Of a stretch of DNA of 64,000 bases, positions 40,754 to 51,017 are shown piece by piece. A model generated the notes under the pieces. The model had not been told where the DNA came from. It searched no databases and saw nothing but the letters and a program-made list of their open reading frames with translations. Made by a program: the position numbers and the translations under genes. Position 1 is the stretch's first letter. Each line of letters begins with the position of its first letter. Origin of the DNA: Nitrospirota bacterium (GTDB lineage: Bacteria > Nitrospirota > Thermodesulfovibrionia > Thermodesulfovibrionales > Dissulfurispiraceae); the NCBI GenBank assembly GCA_963790025.1, contig CAWBMP010000004.1, positions 832,001 to 896,000 on the forward strand, given 5' to 3'.

Positions 40754-42637
40754 ATGATACTGGACGGTCTCAATCCACAACAAAGAGAAGCAGTAGAGCA
40801 TTTTGGCTCACCCCTCCTGGTGCTTGCAGGGGCAGGTTCAGGCAAAACAAAGGTCATCACACATAAGATTGCCTGGCTTGTGAAGGAAAAAGGGATAAAG
40901 GCCGACAGGATTCTCGCCATCACTTTTACCAGGAAGGCCGCGCGTGAAATGCAGGAGAGGGTCGAGCATATCCTTGGAATCAGGCCTAAGTGGATTTCGA
41001 CATTCCACGCTTTTTGCGTGAGAGTGCTCCGGGAAAATATCGCCGACCTTGAGAGAAGTTTCGACAGGCGTTTTAATATTTACGACGAAAAAGACAGCCT
41101 GAAGGTGCTCAAGGATGTCCTTAGAAATCTGAATAGGGACATAAAGAATGCGGAAACTGCTAAGGCGATTATTTCTAAAGCAAAACAGGAATACAGGGAC
41201 AATATAACCGGCTACATTGCCGGGCTCCCCTACCCCGCATCAGCTTATGCCCAGGTGGCCGAAAAGTATCAGGCCGAACTGGAACAGAGCAATGCAATGG
41301 ACTACGATGATCTGATTTACTTCGTTGTTCACCTATTCATAAAAAAACCCGGCGTCAGAAAGCGATGGCAGGACCATTTTGACTATATACTTGTCGATGA
41401 ATACCAGGATACAAACAAGATCCAGTATTTGCTGATAAATCTCGTCGTAAGAGAGGCGGGGGCTGTTTGTGTCGTGGGTGATCCACAGCAATGCATCTAT
41501 ACATGGCGGGGAGCACACCCCATGAATATCATTAATTTTGCGGAGGACCATGGTGCACGCAAGACAAAGCTGGAAATAAACTACCGTTCTACAAAAAAGA
41601 TATTGGACATCGCCAACAAGATCATAGCCGGGGCCGACCGCATATGGGAGGGCAAGATCCTTGAACTCAGCACTGTAAAAAGCGACACGGGAGAAGTACG
41701 GTATATGAGGAATGACAGCGGTACTGCCGAATCATCGTCTATAGCAGAGAAAATCCGGACGCTTAGCAGGCAGGGGTACCGCTACTCGGATATTGCCATT
41801 CTCATGAGGATGTCATTTGTGTCGAGGGGGATAGAGCATGCCTTCATCAATTACGGCATCCCTTATGAAATTATAGGAGGGCCTGCATTCTATGACAGGG
41901 CGGAGATCAAAGATATGCTCTCCTATCTCCGCCTCATAACAAACAGAAAAGACAAGGCCGCCTTCTGGAGGATAATTAACGTGCCGCCCAGGTCTATAGG
42001 GGCGCAAACACTTCTTAAGGTTACGAGCAACTATGTAACGGACTGGATACAGGCACTCAAAGATACAAAACTGCCGGCAAGACAGCGTGCCCGGGCAGAC
42101 CATTTTATGACCGCTATTAAATCATACGGGGACAGTATCGAGGAAAAACCATATGCAGTACTGATGGAACTACTTCGAGATTTGGGATACACAGAATACC
42201 TTGCCGAGCATTACAAAGACGACTATGAGGACCGCAAAGGCAACATATCGGAACTGGCGAACGTCCTGAAAACAGTGGAAACAGAAGGGAAGCCTTTTTC
42301 AGAATTTCTGGAAGATACTATCCTTTCCTCAGACCAGGACAGGATCGGGAGTTCCGATTCGGTAAAAGTGATGACCATCCACGCCGCCAAGGGTCTGGAA
42401 TTTCCGGTTGTCTTTGTAATGGCCCTTGAGGAAGAGATATTCCCGTCGGGCCGGTCAATGGAAAACTCGGCCGCACTCGAAGAGGAGAGACGACTTTTTT
42501 ATGTAGCGGTAACCAGGGCAAAGGAAAGGCTTTATCTCAGCTCAGCAGAATACAGGATGCGGTTCGGCGACGCAATGTTCGCCCCGGAATCCCGGTATAT
42601 TGGTGAAATTAGGGAAGAATTAAGGGCTGGCAAATAA
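40754..42637 (+). CDS. UvrD/PcrA-family SF1 DNA helicase
   Basis: AGAGSGKT, TFT, DEYQD, VGDPQQ, NYRS, TIHAAKGLEF, EERRLFYVAVTRAK. Confidence 0.93.
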   Translation: MILDGLNPQQREAVEHFGSPLLVLAGAGSGKTKVITHKIAWLVKEKGIKADRILAITFTRKAAREMQERVEHILGIRPKWISTFHAFCVRVLRENIADLERSFDRRFNIYDEKDSLKVLKDVLRNLNRDIKNAETAKAIISKAKQEYRDNITGYIAGLPYPASAYAQVAEKYQAELEQSNAMDYDDLIYFVVHLFIKKPGVRKRWQDHFDYILVDEYQDTNKIQYLLINLVVREAGAVCVVGDPQQCIYTWRGAHPMNIINFAEDHGARKTKLEINYRSTKKILDIANKIIAGADRIWEGKILELSTVKSDTGEVRYMRNDSGTAESSSIAEKIRTLSRQGYRYSDIAILMRMSFVSRGIEHAFINYGIPYEIIGGPAFYDRAEIKDMLSYLRLITNRKDKAAFWRIINVPPRSIGAQTLLKVTSNYVTDWIQALKDTKLPARQRARADHFMTAIKSYGDSIEEKPYAVLMELLRDLGYTEYLAEHYKDDYEDRKGNISELANVLKTVETEGKPFSEFLEDTILSSDQDRIGSSDSVKVMTIHAAKGLEFPVVFVMALEEEIFPSGRSMENSAALEEERRLFYVAVTRAKERLYLSSAEYRMRFGDAMFAPESRYIGEIREELRAGK

Positions 42638-42807
42638 ATAACTTGTGCATTCAGGCGCTCAGATTTGGGTTAGATTTTATAACACTGCTTGACAGTGCTG
42701 ACAGTATCGGATAAAGGTTTATATAGGACTTGACCGTCCAGTGATTAGCTTGCTAAACTTGAGTCATAAAGGTAAGTTACAAATCCTGATATTAAAAGGA
42801 GTCTGCC

Positions 42808-43290
42808 ATGCCCAAGTTCAAGTGGATACTCGTTGCGGTTTTATTTCTGGTTGCGGTGCAACCGGGTTTCGCTGATGATAGATCTCAGGTTCAAGGTATA
42901 TGGAAACTGGTTTCCTACAAAGTCGAGATTCAAGCCACTGGCCAAAAAGAATCCCCCATGGGACAAAACCCGACTGGTTATGTGATTTTTACACCCGAGG
43001 GGAGGGTATTTTTTATCCTTGCGGCAGAAGGACGGAAACCGGCTAAAACCGTTCAGAATCGTGCCGACTTGCTGAACAGCCTAGTTGCATATACCGGTAC
43101 GTACAGCATGAAAGGAGATAAGTGGATTACAAAGGTCGAGGTTGCCTGGAATCCTGAATGGATCGGCACTGAACAAGAACGTTTTTTTAAGGTGGATCAG
43201 GACCAACTTCAAGTCTTCACTCCGTGGCGAGTTATGCCTAACTGGGCAGAAAAGGGGATGACCAGGAGCATTATTATCTTCGAACGATAG
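42808..43290 (+). CDS. Exported lipocalin-like domain protein
   Basis: Signal peptide, GIWKLVS, P.GY.IFTPEG, AYTGTY. Confidence 0.75.
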   Translation: MPKFKWILVAVLFLVAVQPGFADDRSQVQGIWKLVSYKVEIQATGQKESPMGQNPTGYVIFTPEGRVFFILAAEGRKPAKTVQNRADLLNSLVAYTGTYSMKGDKWITKVEVAWNPEWIGTEQERFFKVDQDQLQVFTPWRVMPNWAEKGMTRSIIIFER

Positions 43291-43366
43291 CATTGACATA
43301 AAATTATGGCAATCTAACAAGGCCATCAAGCGGCCTGTCGGTACAACTTTGCTGTGAGCACATGTT

Positions 43367-43400
43367 AAAAAAAGGGCAGGTCTGTTATGCAGACCCGCCC
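43367..43400 (-). terminator. Intrinsic terminator
   Basis: Minus strand GGGCGGGTCTG-cataa-CAGACCTGCCC-TTTTTTT. Confidence 0.75.
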
Positions 43401-43421
43401 CCTAGCACAACGCTCCGGTTT

Positions 43422-43877
43422 TTATGGAATCTTCGCAGTAATTCTTAATTTCAATTCGTTCATTTGAGTGGCCATTTTCTTGTGTTTCTTTTCATCTTCC
43501 AGTATAAGCCTCAGCATCTGGGTAACTATGGTGTCATGGCTTAATGCAATTGCTTTTGTAGCAGTGTCAATCGATTTCTTCTCAAGCGCGATATGTTTGT
43601 TCAGCAGAGATGAAACGCCTGCAAGGTCTTCCGGGGCAAGCACAAAACCCTGCTTGGTCAAACCATCTATAACCATCTGCAGGATAGATTTATGTTTTTC
43701 CGAATCGTTCTTGATCGCGGCAGTTAAAGTTCCAATGATCGGGTTCTTTGCCTTATTAAGGATTGCCGTGCAACTTCTTATTGTTTGGTCCTCGATGCTT
43801 ACCCAACTCTTGAGCAACCTGAGCAGTTCCCTGTCGATGGATGCCCTTTTTTCCGGAGTTACTTTTTGCAATGCCAT
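43422..43877 (-). CDS. Ferritin-like four-helix bundle protein
   Basis: Internally repeated E...DSEKH and E...DEKKH helical pattern; AGGAGG SD. Confidence 0.65.
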   Translation of the reverse strand: MALQKVTPEKRASIDRELLRLLKSWVSIEDQTIRSCTAILNKAKNPIIGTLTAAIKNDSEKHKSILQMVIDGLTKQGFVLAPEDLAGVSSLLNKHIALEKKSIDTATKAIALSHDTIVTQMLRLILEDEKKHKKMATQMNELKLRITAKIP

Positions 43878-44028
43878 ACTACCTCCTATAATAAAGAATT
43901 TATTTCCCGGACTATATATTCCGGGCTATGATGTTTCATTGAATTTACAGCTCCACATTGCCAAGCCCCTTCCGTTCGTTTTTTAACATTTTATCACGAA
44001 ACCATCCAAAATAACAGCCGCTATGGCG

Positions 44029-44283
44029 TTATTCGACCGCGGGCTCATCCTCGTCAGTCAGCGGACTGCCTTCATCCGGATTAGCCTCTATCTCGGCCAA
44101 AACTTTTTTAACTTGATCCTCTGCATTCCTCAGTCTTGTTTTGCAAAGCTTCACCAGAAAGGCCGCCCTTTTAATCTTCTCTGCAAGCATGTCTACATCG
44201 ATGTCTTCAGCTTCTATCTCACTGATTATCTGTTCCAGCTCCATCAAAGCCTGGGAGTAAGCGGCTTGTTTGCTCGCGCTCAT
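44029..44283 (-). CDS. xseB: Exodeoxyribonuclease VII small subunit
   Basis: YSQALMELEQII...C...L..AE..V; follows xseA. Confidence 0.9.
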   Translation of the reverse strand: MSASKQAAYSQALMELEQIISEIEAEDIDVDMLAEKIKRAAFLVKLCKTRLRNAEDQVKKVLAEIEANPDEGSPLTDEDEPAVE

Positions 44284-45547
44284 GGCTCCTTGTCCCCCTT
44301 TGTGTTCTTATAACACTTACAATACTTCCTTTATAAAGCGTTGTATCTATCGCAACCCCATTCCCGACAAAAGAAGCATCTTTCAGGACTTTACCGTTGT
44401 GGCGGGTAATGCTATAGCCCCTTTTGAGCACGTTCACAGGGTCCAGAAGTCTCAGCGCCTGCTCCATCGTATTGAGTGTATGCGTCCCCCGTTGTAAGCG
44501 CTGTCTTGCAGCATTCCCCATGGTACTTTGAAGCAGGAGCAGCCTGTTGATCCGGCCCGAAAGCGCCTGTCCCGGGAGGTATACAAGATGCCGGGCAAGA
44601 GAATTCAGCTTGTGGCGGAAATCCTGCAGCAGCCTTCCGGCGTATATCCTGATTCTGTTGTCAAGGTCCATAACGTTATCTTCAAAACTTCTGAGTCCCG
44701 AGACAAGGAATTCAGCAACCGCTGTAGGTGTCTTCATTCTGGTATGGGCGACAATATCCGCAACCGTGTCATCTTTTTCATGGCCTATCCCGGTAATAAC
44801 CGGAAGAGGGCATCCGGCTATATGAGCTGAGAGCGCATAATCGTCAAAACAATTCAGATCGACAGCGGAACCCCCGCCCCTGATAATGGCCACAACATCA
44901 AACAAATGCCGGTATTTCCCGATCTTTTGTAATGCTGCAACAATAGACCCCACAGCATCCTGCCCCTGCACCAGTGCAGGGAAAAGAATATGGACAAACT
45001 TATAGCCGTATGGATTGGCATCGAGCTGGTTAAAGAAATCGCCATATCCCGCAGCCGTCGGGGACGATATGACCGCAATCCTCTGTGGAACTGCAGGCAG
45101 CAGCAGGCTTTTATTCAGTTCGAGAAGGCCCTCTTTCCTCAGCCTCTCGATGACCTCCTTCCTCTTTCGCGCCATCTCCCCGAGAGTATATGTGGGATCA
45201 ATGTCTCTGATATTGAGGCTCAACCCATAGACCTCATGGAAATTCACTGAAGCAAGGAACATAATTTTCATGCCAGGCCGCAGTGACTCATTCGTAGCGG
45301 ACTGGAATTTATGGCTGATTTTCCGGTACTCATAAACCCATATGGTGGCCTTGTTTTGCGCTATAGTTCTATCATCAGCCTTTTCCACCAGTTCAAGATA
45401 GCAGTGTCCCCTCTGGTTGGATTTAAGTTCGGCTATTTCAGCAGTGACCCAGCAGGCATCAGGAAAGACACTGCCGATGGCTGACTTGATGGCAGTATTC
45501 AGTTCGTAGAGACTGAAGGCGGCATTATTCATTGATACTTCTTTCAT
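44219..45547 (-). CDS. xseA: Exodeoxyribonuclease VII large subunit
   Basis: WVTAEI, GHCYL, RGGGS, TGIGHE.D, TPTAVAE, LKRGYS. Confidence 0.94.
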   Translation of the reverse strand: MKEVSMNNAAFSLYELNTAIKSAIGSVFPDACWVTAEIAELKSNQRGHCYLELVEKADDRTIAQNKATIWVYEYRKISHKFQSATNESLRPGMKIMFLASVNFHEVYGLSLNIRDIDPTYTLGEMARKRKEVIERLRKEGLLELNKSLLLPAVPQRIAVISSPTAAGYGDFFNQLDANPYGYKFVHILFPALVQGQDAVGSIVAALQKIGKYRHLFDVVAIIRGGGSAVDLNCFDDYALSAHIAGCPLPVITGIGHEKDDTVADIVAHTRMKTPTAVAEFLVSGLRSFEDNVMDLDNRIRIYAGRLLQDFRHKLNSLARHLVYLPGQALSGRINRLLLLQSTMGNAARQRLQRGTHTLNTMEQALRLLDPVNVLKRGYSITRHNGKVLKDASFVGNGVAIDTTLYKGSIVSVIRTQRGTRSHEREQTSRLLPGFDGAGTDNQ

Positions 45548-45606
45548 TAAGTAATTATACTATAACCTGACGACAAAACTATTTAAGCACGAGGAGAGCG
45601 GTCGCG

Positions 45607-47277
45607 ATGGGCGCAGAAATCAATAAAGTAATCTACTCAATGGTAGGCGTCAGCAAGTATTATGATAAAAAGCCGGTATTAAAAGATATTTATCTCTCAT
45701 ATTTCTATGGCGCAAAAATAGGCGTCCTCGGACTCAACGGTTCGGGGAAAAGCTCGCTTTTACGCATTCTGGCGGGAGCGGACAAAGACTTTGGCGGAGA
45801 GACGGTCGTTTCACCCGGCTACACTATCGGCTTCCTTGAACAGGAGCCGGTCCTTGACGGGAACAAAACCGTACGTGACATTGTAGAGGAAGGCATCCAG
45901 GAAATTGTTACTGCGCTCAATGAATACAATGCAATTAACGAGAAATTCTCTGAACCCATGTCCGACGATGAGATGAACAAACTGATCGAGCGTCAGGGTA
46001 GTGTCCAGGAGAAACTTGATGCACTGGATGCATGGAACCTTGATTCACATCTGGAAATGGCAATGGATGCTTTACGCTGCCCTCCGGGAGATACTCTTGT
46101 AAAGGTGCTGTCTGGAGGTGAAAGGCGCCGAGTAGCACTCTGCAGACTTTTGCTGCAAAAACCCGACATACTCCTGCTTGATGAACCGACCAACCATCTT
46201 GATGCGGAATCGGTCGCCTGGCTTGAGCACCACCTCCAAAACTATGCCGGTACCATTATTGCCGTAACGCACGACCGCTATTTTCTCGATAACGTGGCAG
46301 AATGGATACTCGAACTGGACAGAGGACAAGGTATTCCATGGAAGGGGAATTATTCGTCATGGCTTGAGCAGAAAAAGAACAGGCTAGCCCTGGAAGAGAA
46401 AAGCGAAAGCGAGCGCCAGAAAACTCTCCAGCGGGAACTTGAATGGATCCGGATGTCTCCCAAGGGACGACATGCGAAATCAAAGGCACGCATAAATTCC
46501 TATGAGTCCCTTTTCGGCCAGGACAAGGAAAAACAGGAAAAGGAACTTGAGATTTATATACCGCCGGGACCGCGTTTGGGAGATACAGTCATCGAGGCGG
46601 AAAATCTGGGCAAGGCATACGGTGATCAGGTCCTTTTTGAAGGGATGTCTTTTTCCCTGCCTCCCGGTGGGATAGTAGGTATCATCGGCCCCAACGGGGC
46701 AGGGAAAACTACACTTTTTCGCATTATTACAGGACAGGAAAAACCCGATTCAGGAACAATCAAAATCGGTGAGACAGTAAAGCTGGGCTATGTTGACCAA
46801 AGCCGCGATTACCTCGATCCCGATAAGTCCATATGGGAGACAATTTCACATGGAGAAGATACCATCCAACTCGGCAAAAAACAGGTCAGCTCCCGCGGTT
46901 ATGTGGCGCGCTTCAATTTTTCCGGTTCAGACCAGCAGAAAAAAGTGGGCACGTTGTCAGGAGGAGAAAGAAACCGCGTTCACATGGCGAGTATGCTTAA
47001 GGACGGGGCGAATGTGCTGCTGCTTGATGAGCCGACTAATGATCTTGATGTGCATACCATGCGAGCTCTTGAGGAAGCATTGGAGATTTTTGCCGGGTGT
47101 TCGGTAGTAATAAGTCATGACCGATGGTTTCTCGACAGGATTGCAACACATATTCTATCATTCGAGGGAGACGGCAAGGTTGTGTGGTTCGAAGGAAATT
47201 ATACGGATTTCGAAAGTGCCGGAGGCGGAATCGAAGAAATGTGTAAAAAAAGAGTAAGGACCCGACTGACAAGATAG
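45607..47277 (+). CDS. ettA: Energy-dependent translational throttle protein (ABC-F)
   Basis: Two ABC domains, GAKIGVLGLNGSGKS, ELEWIR.SPKGRHAKSKARI, IPPGPRLG. Confidence 0.93.
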   Translation: MGAEINKVIYSMVGVSKYYDKKPVLKDIYLSYFYGAKIGVLGLNGSGKSSLLRILAGADKDFGGETVVSPGYTIGFLEQEPVLDGNKTVRDIVEEGIQEIVTALNEYNAINEKFSEPMSDDEMNKLIERQGSVQEKLDALDAWNLDSHLEMAMDALRCPPGDTLVKVLSGGERRRVALCRLLLQKPDILLLDEPTNHLDAESVAWLEHHLQNYAGTIIAVTHDRYFLDNVAEWILELDRGQGIPWKGNYSSWLEQKKNRLALEEKSESERQKTLQRELEWIRMSPKGRHAKSKARINSYESLFGQDKEKQEKELEIYIPPGPRLGDTVIEAENLGKAYGDQVLFEGMSFSLPPGGIVGIIGPNGAGKTTLFRIITGQEKPDSGTIKIGETVKLGYVDQSRDYLDPDKSIWETISHGEDTIQLGKKQVSSRGYVARFNFSGSDQQKKVGTLSGGERNRVHMASMLKDGANVLLLDEPTNDLDVHTMRALEEALEIFAGCSVVISHDRWFLDRIATHILSFEGDGKVVWFEGNYTDFESAGGGIEEMCKKRVRTRLTR

Positions 47278-47423
47278 AATAAATCATACTACGGGAAATA
47301 AGGGGGCTTCGGGAGTATGCCAAAACCCAAAGTTTTAGTCAAATAAGGTAAAATAATGCCATATTGTACGGTAATGGTGGGACCTCTTTTCCCATGATAC
47401 CGGAACAGGAAAGGATGGATGAA

Positions 47424-48398
47424 ATGATGTGGATGGCAAAAAAGCTTCTGGTTCTCGCAGTGCTTCTTTTAAGTATTCCTCTGCTTTGTATTGATGCAAG
47501 GGCGGATAAGAGGATATGTGTTCTCATGTCTACTGGAGTAGACCGCTATATGGAGACCCAAAAAGGCGTTATAGACCAGCTTGCGACTGACGGCTTTAAA
47601 GAGCCGTCAGTAAAGTACATAATAGAAAATGCATTGGGCAATAAAGCGAAAGCAGCACGATTGGCCCAGAAAATTAAGTCGGAAAAACCGGATTTGATTG
47701 TTGCTATAGGCACCATTGCTGCCGTGGAACTTGCAAAGGCTATTAAGGATACGCCGATAGTCTTTGCGATGGTTTATGACCCTGTGGCAGCAGGAATAGC
47801 CAGGGACTGGAATAGTTCGGGCAATAACACTACCGGCGTCAGTCCTTCAGTGCCAATGTCACTGATTTTTAAGACCCTTAAAGAGTTTGCTCAGGTGAAG
47901 AAGTTAGCGGTACTTTACACGCCCGGTGAAAAAAATTCAGAGACCCAACTACTGGATCTTCAAAATAATCGACCTGGCTCTCAACTCAGTATAGTCCCGG
48001 TCATTCTGGCTGATAGGGACGATGTGTCCCGGAAACTCCCAAAAGTAGCGCTTGAAGCAGATGCAATTTATCTCACGGGCAGCAGTATCGTCGATTCAAC
48101 AGTGCCGATGATCTTAGATATAGCGAATAAGGCAAAAGTGATTACAATCACGCACCTGGAAGATATAGTAGAAAGGGGGGCGCTTTTGGGGATATGCTCA
48201 AATTCATATATTGTTGGCCGGCTGGGGGGCAGGAAGGCAGGAAAAATTTTGAAGGGTGCAAAACCATCATCCATTCATATAGAACGGCTGATGCAGCTGG
48301 CACAGATGGAAGTGATCTTAAACCTGAAGACCGCAAAGAGAGGAGCATTTCAAATTCCACCCGATTTTATGAAAAAAGTGACAAGGACAATTGAATGA
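47424..48398 (+). CDS. Orphan ABC_sub_bind-type periplasmic binding protein (paralog of 26033-26995)
   Basis: PIVFAMVYDPVAAG, SSGNNTTG, LYTPGEKNS, THLED.V..GALLGIC; start approximate. Confidence 0.85.
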   Translation: MMWMAKKLLVLAVLLLSIPLLCIDARADKRICVLMSTGVDRYMETQKGVIDQLATDGFKEPSVKYIIENALGNKAKAARLAQKIKSEKPDLIVAIGTIAAVELAKAIKDTPIVFAMVYDPVAAGIARDWNSSGNNTTGVSPSVPMSLIFKTLKEFAQVKKLAVLYTPGEKNSETQLLDLQNNRPGSQLSIVPVILADRDDVSRKLPKVALEADAIYLTGSSIVDSTVPMILDIANKAKVITITHLEDIVERGALLGICSNSYIVGRLGGRKAGKILKGAKPSSIHIERLMQLAQMEVILNLKTAKRGAFQIPPDFMKKVTRTIE

Positions 48399-48464
48399 AG
48401 CGGAAGACTGCTATCTTTTTTGGAAGATATTTACGGTTTTTATGCTTGCTCACCTGTCGATACA

Positions 48465-49421
48465 CTACTTCACAACTGTTGCCATGTGCAGCACCTGCAC
48501 CGGAATAGTTACACCGATTTTTTTTGCGGTCGTAATGTTGATCCGGATATGCAACCGTTCAGGACGACTGGAGGGTATCTCATTCGGTTTCTTTCCATCA
48601 AGAATAGCCAGCGTCTTGACAGCAGCCATTCTCCCTAATTCTTTGTAGTCCGGGCCTATTCCCATCAATGCCTTGAAATCACTTACCATTTCCGGGAGTG
48701 AGGCAACAGTAGGAATATGAAGTTCGTTAAGCCGCGGAATAATATCTTTCGCCCTGGACATGATAAAAGAATCAGCCGGAAAAAGCACTGCATCTACTTT
48801 TTCATTAAGAGCCTTCTGAACAGCAATGGGTATCGCCTTGTCGCTATCAACAGGAATAGGTATTAATGAATACTTAAAGTCATTCTGAGACATCAACACG
48901 TCGGTAAGCTGAACTGCTGCATTCGGCTCCTTCGGGTTATACATAAAGCCAAGGCGATCGATGTGCAACACCTTGCGCATAATGATAAAAAGGCTTTCTA
49001 TCGGAACGACATTGGAAACCCCCGTCACATTGTTGCCTGAATTTTGCCAACTCTTGATTAGTCCGACTTCGACCGGCCGGGAGACGGCGTTGTACACAAT
49101 AGGGGTGTTTTTGAAGTTATCTTTTAGTTCATCAGTTACTATTGTTCCAAATGCATACAATACCCCATATTTTCTTGGTTCGATGTCGTGGATGATTTTG
49201 GCCAGTTTATTCCTGTCTTGCTTTGCATCAAAAACAGCGAACTGGAAGGCATACTTATCGGATTTCTTCAACCTTTCCAGATATGCTGTTTCCGCGTCTG
49301 TCATCCCGCGCCACAGGATCAAGGCGACAGCCGCATGCTCTTTCGACCATGATGGAACAGCGCTTACTGCAGTCAGCATCACGGCAAAAAGCAAAACACA
49401 TAACCTTAGACGTGATTTCAT
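48465..49421 (-). CDS. Orphan ABC_sub_bind-type periplasmic binding protein (paralog of 59361-60317)
   Basis: ILWRGMT, YAFGTIVT, SGNNVTGVSN, ILDGKKP; GGAGG SD. Confidence 0.85.
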   Translation of the reverse strand: MKSRLRLCVLLFAVMLTAVSAVPSWSKEHAAVALILWRGMTDAETAYLERLKKSDKYAFQFAVFDAKQDRNKLAKIIHDIEPRKYGVLYAFGTIVTDELKDNFKNTPIVYNAVSRPVEVGLIKSWQNSGNNVTGVSNVVPIESLFIIMRKVLHIDRLGFMYNPKEPNAAVQLTDVLMSQNDFKYSLIPIPVDSDKAIPIAVQKALNEKVDAVLFPADSFIMSRAKDIIPRLNELHIPTVASLPEMVSDFKALMGIGPDYKELGRMAAVKTLAILDGKKPNEIPSSRPERLHIRINITTAKKIGVTIPVQVLHMATVVK

Positions 49422-49493
49422 ACAGCCTCCACCGTATTTTGTCGACAATTGACCTGGGGCTTATCTGCTTCTTGTCTTTTCTTGCCCTGTGTC

Positions 49494-51017
49494 CTATGTC
49501 GTCTTGATCTCATTCTCACTAAGATACTTAAGCATAGCATCTACACAGTCTCGATCAAACTGGGTCCCGGCCATATTTTTGAGTTCCTTCACTGCACTGC
49601 CTATATCAAGCGCACGCCGATATGTCCTGTTCGAGGTCATCGCATCAAATGCATCTGCAACCGCCATAATCCGCGCTCCGATATGAATTTCTTCCGCTTT
49701 CAGTCCGTCGGGATATCCGGTGCCGTCATACCTCTCATGATGACTGCGCACAACCATTCCGACTTCCTGCAGGGAAGATATCGATCTCACGATGTAGCTG
49801 CTGATCTCCGGATGTTTTCTCATCTCGAGGACTTCCTCATGGGTCAGGATACCCGCCTTGAGCAGTATATCATCCCTGACCCCGATTTTTCCAATATCAT
49901 GAAGAATAGCAGCGTCCTTTAATAAGCGCATCATATCCTCACTGAGCTTTAAATACTTTGCAATACCAATAGAATAGTTCATAACGCGCATCGAGTGTCC
50001 TCTTGTATACTCATCTCTGGACTCGAGTGCCGCAATCAAAGCCTGCACCGTATCCAGGTAACTCTGTTCCAATTTCTGGAGGCTATACTGATTATTTACA
50101 GCAATGGATGCGGTATTGGTTATAAAGGATAGAATCTGCAAGTCCTGACTGCTGAATTCTGCATTATTGACCTTATTGGTCACGTTGATCACTCCGAGAG
50201 AAATATCGCCGGCGCAAAGTTCAGCACATATCAGAGGCGCACTGATAAAGGACTTGAACTCGGCGTTGAATTTGTTTTCTACCCAGGGAGTCTCATTAAT
50301 GTCCTGAACAAGCATGGGCTTTCTATCTTGCAGTACCCTGCCCGATACATTTTTTCCAAGGGGTATTCTTATCTGGGCAGCGATATCTTCAGAAATTCCC
50401 ACGCCGGCTTTGAAGACCAGTTCCCCCTCTTCGAGCAGTAAAATCGATATTCTCTCACATTGCAGAGACTTGCGGGTAAAATCTATTGTATGATCCAGAA
50501 TTTTCTCCATACTTTTGAGGGAATTCAGCAAGTTGGCAAATTCGTAGAGGGACAGGATAGTCCGGTTTTGGGTTTCTACGACATTTTTCATATGAAACTC
50601 ATTGAGCAGCCGTTTAAGGGTAACTACAAGATCATTATGATCGGTAATCGGCTTTGTCAAATATTTATCAAGCAGATTCTCATTAATTGCGAACACGGCC
50701 GACTCCATTCCCGCGTAACCTGTGAGGAGTACTCTCATGGATGAGGGTGTTATATCACTGGCCGCTTTCAGGAAATCAAGGCCCCGCATTTTCGGCATCA
50801 TCTGATCTGTTAAGAGAAGAGCAATATTTTGGTCCTGTTTCACCAGTTCCTTTATAGTTTCCAACGCCTCGAGGGGGTTATCAAGGAACAGAAGGTTGTA
50901 TTCGTGCCCATTTTGTAATTTGCCTGAAAGCAAAACCTTGAGTGAAGTCAGGAAGTCCCTGTCATCGTCCAGGCAGACGATGAAAGATTCGTGCTTGTCA
51001 TTGTAATCATTGCTCAT
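49494..51017 (-). CDS. REC-GAF-HD-GYP cyclic dinucleotide phosphodiesterase
   Basis: LDDD, TDQMMP, TGY, TKP; GAF; YTRGHS, HDIGK, HHERYDGTGYP. Confidence 0.92.
   Translation of the reverse strand: MSNDYNDKHESFIVCLDDDRDFLTSLKVLLSGKLQNGHEYNLLFLDNPLEALETIKELVKQDQNIALLLTDQMMPKMRGLDFLKAASDITPSSMRVLLTGYAGMESAVFAINENLLDKYLTKPITDHNDLVVTLKRLLNEFHMKNVVETQNRTILSLYEFANLLNSLKSMEKILDHTIDFTRKSLQCERISILLLEEGELVFKAGVGISEDIAAQIRIPLGKNVSGRVLQDRKPMLVQDINETPWVENKFNAEFKSFISAPLICAELCAGDISLGVINVTNKVNNAEFSSQDLQILSFITNTASIAVNNQYSLQKLEQSYLDTVQALIAALESRDEYTRGHSMRVMNYSIGIAKYLKLSEDMMRLLKDAAILHDIGKIGVRDDILLKAGILTHEEVLEMRKHPEISSYIVRSISSLQEVGMVVRSHHERYDGTGYPDGLKAEEIHIGARIMAVADAFDAMTSNRTYRRALDIGSAVKELKNMAGTQFDRDCVDAMLKYLSENEIKTT

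Noticed and set aside
43945..43965. Possible sigma54 promoter (TGGCAATGTGGAGC) before the ferritin-like gene
   Set aside because: GG-GC spacing is one base short of the invariant spacing
47210..47277. Divergent EttA C-terminal tail suggesting a frameshift
   Set aside because: Alternative frames do not restore a typical tail and the overall length is normal
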